64,000 nt of DNA, taken from assembly GCA_950097015.1 (NCBI GenBank), contig CATNEN010000029.1, positions 5,146,001 through 5,210,000 of the forward strand. Direction: 5' to 3'. Both the position numbers and the translations under genes were made by a program. This DNA is from Macrostomum hystrix. Lineage: Eukaryota; Animalia; Platyhelminthes. The notes under the pieces were generated by a model. The model was not told the origin of the DNA, did no database searches, and saw only the letters and a list, made by a program, of their open reading frames with translations. Position 1 is the stretch's first letter, and each line of letters begins with the position of its first letter. Positions 51,821 to 61,400 of the stretch are shown one piece after another.

Positions 51821-51853
51821 TGAACTGGGACTGCCGCCGCTGGCCTATTTATA
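51821..51853 (-). promoter_or_regulatory. Core promoter of peptide gene copy 1 (TATA box and initiator)
   Basis: Minus-strand TATAAATA at 51853-51846; Inr-like CCAGTT with its A at 51825, 28 nt downstream. Confidence 0.7.
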
Positions 51854-52063
51854 ACCGGCTCCGGGCGGCGGCTGGGGTGTCTGCGCCGGCTTGGAATCGC
51901 CTTCTATTTTTAGCTCCTCCCCCGCCGCCGCCGCCGCCCCCAGTCCGGAGCAGCTGAGGGGCGTGGGAATAGAGCCTTCTAGTCTGACGCATTTCGCGGC
52001 CAATCGACCCGCTGCAGCGGCAGACTGGACAATCTGGCCCAAGTTTTCAAATGAATGAACCAA

Positions 52064-52460
52064 TGACTCAGGCCCGAAAATGGACTTTGCCAATGCAGGC
52101 GTAGGGGAACCAATAGCGGATAAGTGTGTAGGCAGTCTGCTTTGAAGAAGAGGCTGTGCCTTGTTTACAAAATATAGCTTTCACAAATAAAAAAGCAGTG
52201 CATTCCAACCTAACAAACTGAAATAAAATACTATGGAGAATGCTAAGCGCGGCCACTGATGTCTGCCCCCCCCCACTCCGCAACACAGACTTGCGAATTC
52301 CACACGGCTTTACAATTTTACAATTTACAACCTAGACCAGCCTCGACTTTCTTAATAAGGGCCTTTTTGCTCTCCGCTCAGACAGACAATGCTTTAATTA
52401 ATGCATCCAAACTCCCAAGTGAGGTTTTGGGTGAGTCAGGCTTTAGTCAGGCCTGACTCA
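52064..52460. promoter_or_regulatory. Cluster of three AP-1 (TGA[C/G]TCA) sites upstream of peptide gene copy 1
   Basis: TGACTCA 52064-52070, TGAGTCA 52432-52438, TGACTCA 52454-52460. Confidence 0.45.
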
Positions 52461-52994
52461 TGTCTCACTTCAGCTGCTCATAAGTGTCTAGGGAAGTGTC
52501 TAGTGTTTACATTTTTTTCAGGGAAAATTCAACGTTGTTAGAGAATCAGGCGGAGTGTTGGGAGAACGCCCACAACTTCCTTGGCTAACAGAAATGGGAC
52601 AGGGCTCTACCAACAGGCCGCGCCGCCCACGCAGTCCTCCATTTGTCCGATAGCTCCTAGCTGTAGCTAATACCCAAGTTCCAGCGAGTATTAAGCAGCT
52701 TTTTTATGTCGGAAGATTTGCCCAAGCTTTCTCCCGCAAGTGAGTACAATTTGATTCTAAACTGTTGGTGCATGCAAACAGCAGGTGTCTCAAGGTCCGC
52801 CTACCTCCTGTGCAAACACTGCACTAGCGGAGCTGCATTCTGAGTGCGAGTAAACGTCGCCATTGTCACTGACTGCTCAAATTTTAATTCAATGTCAAAT
52901 AATGCTTTCGGTGCATGGAATGCTCTTATCTGTCTTCTCTAGCTTGTCAGCAGGGTAGGATAGTGCCGATAGCACACCAAAAGCCGCATTCCAC

Positions 52995-54025
52995 ACTTTG
53001 CTCTTCCACAGATCTCACTGTTTCCTTTATAGATCTCACCCGCTCTACTATGGATCTCACCGTCTCCTTTATAGATCTCACCCGCTCTACTATGGATCTC
53101 ACTGACTCCTTTATAGATCTCACCCGCTCTACTATGGATCTCACCGTCTCCTTTATAGATCTCACCCACTCTACTATGGATCTCACTGTCTCCTTTATAG
53201 ATCTCACCCGCTCTACTATGGATCTCACTGACTCCTTTATAGATCTCACCCGCTCTACTATGGATCTCACCGTCTCCTTTATAGATCTCACCCGCTCTAC
53301 TATGGATCTCACCGTCTCCTTTATAGATCTCACCCGCTCTACTATGGATCTCACTGACTCCTTTATAGATCTCACCCGCTCTTCCATGGATCTCCCCTAT
53401 CTTCTCTGAATCTCACCCTCTCTTCTCAGAATCTCACCTTCTCTTTTCTAAATATCATCCTGTCTTCTCTGGATCTCACCCTGTCCTCTATTGATCTCAA
53501 CCTCTCTTCTATTGATCTCACCCTCTCTTCTATTGATCTGACCCCCTCTTCTATTGATCTCACCCTGTCCTCTATTGATCTCACCCTCTCTTCTATTGAT
53601 CTGACCCCCTCTTCTATTGATCTCACCCTGACTTCTCTGAATATCATCCTCTCTTCTCTGGATCTCACCCTCTCTTCTATGGATCTCACCCTCTCTTCTC
53701 TGGATCTCACCCTGTCTTCTCTGGATTTCACCCTGTCTTCTCTGGATCTCAACCTCTCTTCTATGGATCTCACACTGTCTTCTATGGATCTCAACCTCTC
53801 TTCTATGGATCTCACCCTGTCTTCTATGGATCTCACCCTGTCTTCTCTGGATCTCACCCTCTCTTCTCTGGATCTCACCCTCTATTCTCTGGACCTCACC
53901 TATCTTCTATGGATCTCATCCTGTCTTCTCTGAATCTCACCCTCTCTTCAATAGATCTCACCCTCTCTTCTCTGAATCTCACCCTCTCTTCAATAGATCT
54001 CACCCTCTCTTCTCTGAATCTCACT
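52995..54025. repeat. 21-bp minisatellite (42-bp dimer in its first half) between the two peptide genes
   Basis: Unit gatctcaccctctcttctatg; dimer atggatctcaccgtctcctttatagatctcacccgctctact. Confidence 0.95.
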
Positions 54026-54031
54026 AAAATC

Positions 54032-54809
54032 GACTAAAATTAATTGACAGTAGAACTTCAAGGCAGCTGTGCAGAGAGCAAAAGTGCACAATTTTGAGGT
54101 CGGCAGGCAGTTTATGTAACGCGATTAATATGCATATGAGAATCAATATGGAATTTGATTGAAGGAAAACAAAAAGAAAAAATATCCAAGAATAAATCAC
54201 ATTTTTGCTGCGAGTTTTGCATATAGAGAGACTGCGCGACAACTGCTCCACGGAGGCTTCGTTGTAGTTTGGATTTTCAATTCTCGATCACACTGGTTTG
54301 ATCAAATCAACTTTTATAGTGTCACATCGTTAAAATTGTCCTTCGGTCATGACTTTGAGCAGGTTGGCAACCAGTCAATCATTGGGATCTGGGACTACTG
54401 GAACCAGCACCTCAGCCAGGCTGGCGGAGTCTTGCCCTGCTTCCTATACCAGTTGCACTCGTACCATCGCATGAGCACATACTCAGGTGCTCGCCGCTTC
54501 CGGTTGAGCACGGCCTCGCTGACATCCGGGCGCTGCCTCATCAGGTAGGTCAGCAGTTGCGCAACAGCCAGACGATTGTCTTCAATCGGCTCGGCGTTCA
54601 AATCGAGTAACAACGCTTTCGAAGGCGACAGGGCGACGGCGTCCATGACTGGTAGGAGGACCATCGATAGCGCCAGACAGAATTGAAGGCCTGTGTTGAG
54701 TAGCATAGCTTCGTCAAATAGCTGTCAGTGTTCTCTTGGCTGTGTCTCTAATTGTCTCTCTCTCTCGGTCAAGTGAAGTGAACTGGGACTGCCGCCGCTG
54801 GCCTATTTA
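54032..54809. repeat. ~780-bp segmental duplication of 51072-51851 carrying peptide gene copy 2
   Basis: Colinear near-identity from gactaaaattaat to gcctattta. Confidence 0.95.
54395..54706 (-). CDS. Secreted prepropeptide, copy 2 (103 aa; mature APEYVLMRWYECNWYRKQGKTPPAWLRCWFQ)
   Basis: Same architecture as copy 1 with an intact ORF, but the TATA box is interrupted by a mariner element. Confidence 0.75.
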   Translation of the reverse strand: MLLNTGLQFCLALSMVLLPVMDAVALSPSKALLLDLNAEPIEDNRLAVAQLLTYLMRQRPDVSEAVLNRKRRAPEYVLMRWYECNWYRKQGKTPPAWLRCWFQ

Positions 54810-55400
54810 CGAGGGTTGTGTGATAAATTCGCTGACATACTTTCATAGCGTCTGTTTCTTTTGTACTTCGGGGCAGAATTTTTCGATGCTCGTACAGACT
54901 AAGGTACCATCGATCTTATTGTCTATGGAAAATGTTCCCTCTGGCTTTTGAGACAAGGCAGAAATCGAGTGGCATTCAAACCACCCTTTTATCCAGTATG
55001 GAGAAAAGTGAAGCTACCAAGCGCAGTGCACTGTCTTTTCGTCGTTGTGGAAGCAGCAGAAGAAGCAGGCTGATATTTACCCCGAGCTGCTGCAAATCTT
55101 TAGCGAGGATGCACCTTCGAAACAAACTGTGTCAAACTAAACTGCTGACTCCTGTCCAACTGCAAGAGAGGGTCCAGATGTGCCGCCACCTACTCAACGC
55201 CTATCAAAACGAGCACGACTTTCTTGGCCGCCTGGTGACTGGTGATGAAACACGTGGTTTCACTTCTACGAACCAGAAACGAAACGGCAGAGCAGCGTCT
55301 GGAAGGCTACTCACGAACCCCCACCGGTCAAGGCCAAGGCGGTGCAGTCAGCAGGTAAGCGCATGGCCACCGTGTTCTGGGACAGAGAAGGCATCTTGCT
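54810..55400 (+). mobile_element. Degenerate mariner (Tc1/mariner superfamily) DNA transposon, left part
   Basis: Starts after TA (54808-54809) with CGAGGGTTGTGTGATAAATTCGC, where homology to copy 1 ends abruptly; transposase fragments follow. The right TIR is not inside the window. Confidence 0.88.
54998..55400 (+). pseudogene. Mariner transposase pseudogene
   Basis: Fragments in shifting frames: MEKSE; LWKQQKKQADIYPELLQIFSEDAPSKQTVS (HTH); KLLTPVQLQERVQMCRHLL...FLGRLVTGDET; WFHFYEPETKRQSSVW...KAKAVQSAGKRMATVFWDREGILL. There is an internal deletion, a 2-bp duplication after GDET, and truncation by the satellite. Confidence 0.9.
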
Positions 55401-58400
55401 GCAGTCAATTTAAAGTTGCAGTCTATTTACAGTTGCAGTCTATTTACAGTTGCAGTCTATTTACAGTTGCAGTCTATTTACAGTTGCAGTCTATTTAAAG
55501 TTGCAGTCTATTTACAGTTGCAGTCTATTTAAAGTTGCAGTCTATTTAAAGTTGCAGTCTATTTACAGTTGCAGTCTATTTAAAGTTGCAGTCTATTTAA
55601 AGTTGCAGTCAATTTAAAGTTGCAGTCTATTTACAGTTGCAGTCTATTTAAAGTTGCAGTCTATTTAAAGTTGCAGTCTATTTAAAGCTGCAGTCAATTT
55701 AAAGTTGCAGTCTATTTAAAGTTGCAGTCTATTTAAAGTTGCCGTCTATTTAAAGTTGCAGTCTATTTAAAGTTGCAGTCTATTTACAGTTGCCGTCTAT
55801 TTAAAGTTGCAGTCTATTTACAGTTGCAGTCTATTTACAGTTGCCGTCTATTTAAAGTTGCAGTCTATTTACAGTTGCAGTCTATTTAAAGTTGCAGTCT
55901 ATTTACAGTTGCAGTCTATTTAAAGTTGCAGTCTATTTACAGTTGCAGTCTATTTACAGTTGCAGTCTATTTAAAGTTGCAGTCTATTTACAGTTGCAGT
56001 CTATTTAAAGTTGCAGTCTATTTACAGTTGCAGTCTATTTAAAGTTGCAGTCTATTTAAAGTTGCAGTCTATTTACAGTTGCAGTCTATTTACAGTTGCC
56101 GTCTATTTAAAGTTGCAGTCTATTTACAGTTGCAGTCTATTTACAGTTGCAGTCTATTTACAGTTGCAGTCTATTTAAAGTTGCAGTCTATTTACAGTTG
56201 CAGTCTATTTACAGTTGCCGTCTATTTAAAGTTGCAGTCTATTTACAGTTGCAGTCTATTTACAGTTGCAGTCTATTTAAAGTTGCAGTCTATTTAAAGT
56301 TGCAGTCTATTTACAGTTGCCGTCTATTTAAAGTTGCAGTCTATTTACAGTTGCAGTCTATTTAAAGTTGCAGTCTATTTAAAGTTGCAGTCTATTTAAA
56401 GTTGCAGTCTATTTACAGTTGCAGTCTATTTACAGTTGCCGTCTATTTAAAGTTGCAGTCTATTTACAGTTGCAGTCTATTTAAAGTTGCAGTCTATTTA
56501 CAGTTGCAGTCTATTTACAGTTGCAGTCTATTTAAAGTTGCAGTCTATTTAAAGTTGCAGTCTATTTACAGTTGCAGTCTATTTAAAGTTGCAGTCTATT
56601 TACAGTTGCAGTCTATTTACAGTTGCAGTCTATTTACAGTTGCAGTCTATTTACAGTTGCAGTCTATTTACAGTTGCAGTCTATTTAAAGTTGCAGTCTA
56701 TTTACAGTTGCCGTCTATTTAAAGTTGCAGTCTATTTACAGTTGCAGTCTATTTACAGTTGCCGTCTATTTAAAGTTGCAGTCTATTTAAAGTTGCAGTC
56801 TATTTACAGTTGCAGTCTATTTACAGTTGCAGTCTATTTAAAGTTGCAGTCTATTTACAGTTGCAGTCTATTTAAAGTTGCAGTCTATTTAAAGTTGCAG
56901 TCTATTTACAGTTGCAGTCTATTTACAGTTGCAGTCTATTTACATTTGCAGTCTATTTAAAGTTGCAGTCTATTTACAGTTGCAGTCTATTTACAGTTGT
57001 AGTCTATTTAAAGTTGTAGTCTATTTAAAGTTGCGGTCTATTTACAGCTGCAGTCTATTTAAAGTTGCAGTCTATTTAAAGTTGCAGTCTATTTAAAGTT
57101 GCAGTCTATTTAAAGTTGCAGTCTATTTACAGTTGCCGTCTATTTAAAGTTGCAGTCTATTTAAAGTTGCAGTCTATTTAAAGTTGCAGTCTATTTACAG
57201 TTGCAGTCTATTTACAGTTGCAGTCTATTTACAGTTGCAGTCTATTTAAAGTTGCAGTCTATTTACAGTTGCAGTCTATTTAAAGTTGCAGTCTATTTAC
57301 AGTTGCAGTCTATTTAAAGTTGCAGTCTATTTAAAGTTGCAGTCTATTTACAGTTGCAGTCTATTTACAGTTGCAGTCTATTTAAAGTTGCAGTCTATTT
57401 ACAGTTGCAGTCTATTTACAGTTGCAGTCTATTTACAGTTGCAGTCTATTTACAGTTGCCGTCTATTTAAAGTTGCAGTCTATTTACAGTTGCCGTCTAT
57501 TTAAAGTTGCAGTCTATTTACAGTTGCAGTCTATTTAAAGTTGCAGTCTATTTAAAGTTGCAGTCTATTTACAGTTGCCGTCTATTTAAAGTTGCAGTCT
57601 ATTTACAGTTGCAGTCTATTTAAAGTTGCAGTCTATTTAAAGTTGCAGTCTATTTACAGTTGCAGTCTATTTACAGTTGCAGTCTATTTACAGTTGCAGT
57701 CTATTTAAAGTTGCAGTCTATTTACAGTTGCCGTCTATTTAAAGTTGCAGTCTATTTACAGTTGCAGTCTATTTACAGTTGCCGTCTATTTAAAGTTGCA
57801 GTCTATTTAAAGTTGCAGTCTATTTACAGTTGCAGTCTATTTACAGTTGCAGTCTATTTAAAGTTGCAGTCTATTTAAAGTTGCAGTCTATTTACAGTTG
57901 CAGTCTATTTAAAGTTGCAGTCTATTTACAGTTGCCGTCTATTTAAAGTTGCAGTCTATTTAAAATTGCAGTCTATTTACAGTTGCAGTCTATTTACAGT
58001 TGCAGTCTATTTACAGTTGCAGTCTATTTAAAGTTGCAGTCTATTTACAGTTGCCGTCTATTTAAAGTTGCCGTCTATTTACAGTTGCAGTCTATTTACA
58101 GTTGCAGTCTATTTACAGTTGCAGTCTATTTACAGTTGCAGTCTATTTACAGTTGCCGTCTATTTAAAGTTGCAGTCTATTTACAGTTGCAGTCTATTTA
58201 CAGTTGCAGTCTATTTAAAGTTGCAGTCTATTTACAGTTGCAGTCTATTTACAGTTGCAGTCTATTTACAGTTGCAGTCTATTTACAGTTGCAGTCTATT
58301 TACAGTTGCAGTCTATTTACAGTTGCAGTCTATTTAAAGTTGCAGTCTATTTACAGTTGCAGTCTATTTACAGTTGCAGTCTATTTACAGTTGCCGTCTA

Positions 58401-61400
58401 TTTAAAGTTGCAGTCTATTTAAGGTTGCAGTCTATTTACAGTTGCAGTCTATTTACAGTTGCAGTCTATTTAAAGTTGCAGTCTATTTACAGTTGCAGTC
58501 TATTTAAAGTTGCAGTCTATTTAAAGTTGCAGTCTATTTACAGTTGCAGTCTATTTACAGTTGCAGTCTATTTAAAGTTGCAGTCTACTAACAGTTGCCG
58601 TCTATTTAAAGTTGCAGTCTATTTAAAGTTGCAGTCTATTTACAGTTGCAGTCTATTTAAAGTTGCAGTCTATTTACAGTTGCCGTCTATTTAAAGTTGC
58701 AGTCTATTTAAAATTGCAGTCTATTTACAGTTGCAGTCTATTTACAGTTGCCGTCTATTTAAAATTGCAGTCTATTTAAAGTTGCAGTCTATTTAAAGTT
58801 GCAGTCTATTTAAAGTTGCAGTCTATTTAAAGTTGCAGTCTATTTAAAGTTGCAGTCTATTTAAAGCTGCAGTCAATTTAAAGTTGCAGTCTATTTACAG
58901 TTGCAGTCTATTTAAAGTTGCCGTCTATTTAAAGTTGCAGTCTATTTAAAGTTGCAGTCTATTTACAGTTGCCGTCTATTTAAAGTTGCAGTCTATTTAC
59001 AGTTGCAGTCTATTTACAGTTGCCGTCTATTTAAAGTTGCAGTCTATTTACAGTTGCAGTCTATTTAAAGTTGCAGTCTATTTACAGTTGCAGTCTATTT
59101 AAAGTTGCAGTCTATTTACAGTTGCAGTCTATTTACAGTTGCAGTCTATTTAAAGTTGCAGTCTATTTACAGTTGCAGTCTATTTAAAGTTGCAGTCTAT
59201 TTACAGTTGCAGTCTATTTAAAGTTGCAGTCTATTTAAAGTTGCAGTCTATTTACAGTTGCAGTCTATTTACAGTTGCCGTCTATTTAAAGTTGCAGTCT
59301 ATTTACAGTTGCAGTCTATTTACAGTTGCAGTCTATTTACAGTTGCAGTCTATTTAAAGTTGCAGTCTATTTACAGTTGCAGTCTATTTACAGTTGCCGT
59401 CTATTTAAAGTTGCAGTCTATTTACAGTTGCAGTCTATTTACAGTTGCAGTCTATTTAAAGTTGCAGTCTATTTAAAGTTGCAGTCTATTTACAGTTGCC
59501 GTCTATTTAAAGTTGCAGTCTATTTACAGTTGCAGTCTATTTAAAGTTGCAGTCTATTTAAAGTTGCAGTCTATTTAAAGTTGCAGTCTATTTACAGTTG
59601 CAGTCTATTTACAGTTGCCGTCTATTTAAAGTTGCAGTCTATTTACAGTTGCAGTCTATTTAAAGTTGCAGTCTATTTACAGTTGCAGTCTATTTACAGT
59701 TGCAGTCTATTTAAAGTTGCAGTCTATTTAAAGTTGCAGTCTATTTACAGTTGCAGTCTATTTAAAGTTGCAGTCTATTTACAGTTGCAGTCTATTTAAA
59801 GTTGCAGTCTATTTACAGTTGCAGTCTATTTACAGTTGCAGTCTATTTACAGTTGCAGTCTATTTAAAGTTGCAGTCTATTTACAGTTGCCGTCTATTTA
59901 AAGTTGCAGTCTATTTACAGTTGCAGTCTATTTACAGTTGCCGTCTATTTAAAGTTGCAGTCTATTTAAAGTTGCAGTCTATTTACAGTTGCAGTCTATT
60001 TACAGTTGCAGTCTATTTAAAGTTGCAGTCTATTTACAGTTGCAGTCTATTTAAAGTTGCAGTCTATTTAAAGTTGCAGTCTATTTACAGTTGCAGTCTA
60101 TTTACAGTTGCAGTCTATTTACATTTGCCGTCTATTTAAAGTTGCAGTCTATTTACAGTTGCAGTCTATTTACAGTTGTAGTCTATTTAAAGTTGTAGTC
60201 TATTTAAAGTTGCGGTCTATTTACAGCTGCAGTCTATTTAAAGTTGCAGTCTATTTAAAGTTGCAGTCTATTTAAAGTTGCAGTCTATTTAAAGTTGCAG
60301 TCTATTTACAGTTGCCGTCTATTTAAAGTTGCAGTCTATTTAAAGTTGCAGTCTATTTAAAGTTGCAGTCTATTTACAGTTGCAGTCTATTTACAGTTGC
60401 AGTCTATTTACAGTTGCAGTCTATTTAAAGTTGCAGTCTATTTACAGTTGCAGTCTATTTAAAGTTGCAGTCTATTTACAGTTGCAGTCTATTTACAGTT
60501 GCAGTCTATTTAAAGTTGCAGTCTATTTACAGTTGCAGTCTATTTAAAGTTGCAGTCTATTTAAAGTTGCAGTCTATTTACAGTTGCAGTCTATTTACAG
60601 TTGCCGTCTATTTAAAGTTGCAGTCTACTTACAGTTGCCGTCTATTTAAAGTTGCAGTCTATTTAAAGTTGCAGTCTATTTACAGTTGCAGTCTATTTAA
60701 AGTTGCAGTCTATTTAAAGTTGCAGTCTATTTACAGTTGCCGTCTATTTAAAGTTGCAGTCTATTTACAGTTGCAGTCTATTTAAAGTTGCAGTCTATTT
60801 AAAGTTGCAGTCTATTTACAGTTGCAGTCTATTTACAGTTGCAGTCTATTTACAGTTGCAGTCTTTTTAAAGTTGCAGTCTATTTACAGTTGCCGTCTAT
60901 TTAAAGTTGCAGTCTATTTACAGTTGCAGTCTATTTACAGTTGCCGTCTATTTAAAGTTGCAGTCTATTTAAAGTTGCAGTCTATTTACAGTTGCAGTCT
61001 ATTTACAGTTGCAGTCTATTTAAAGTTGCAGTCTATTTAAAGTTGCAGTCTATTTACAGTTGCAGTCTATTTAAAGTTGCAGTCTATTTACAGTTGCCGT
61101 CTATTTAAAGTTGCAGTCTATTTAAAATTGCAGTCTATTTACAGTTGCAGTCTATTTACAGTTGCAGTCTATTTACAGTTGCAGTCTATTTAAAGTTGCA
61201 GTCTATTTACAGTTGCCGTCTATTTAAAGTTGCCGTCTATTTACAGTTGCAGTCTATTTAAAGTTGCAGTCTACTAACAGTTGCCGTCTATTTAAAGTTG
61301 CAGTCTATTTAAAGTTGCAGTCTATTTACAGTTGCAGTCTATTTAAAGTTGCAGTCTATTTACAGTTGCCGTCTATTTAAAGTTGCAGTCTATTTAAAAT

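Noticed and set aside
51845-52093. 82-aa minus-strand ORF upstream of peptide copy 1
   Set aside because: Ends at the TATA box within a GC-rich promoter; no splice link to the peptide ORF and no domain.
54932-55498. 188-aa ORF as an intact gene
   Set aside because: A chimera of out-of-frame and in-frame transposase fragments running into satellite; pseudogene.
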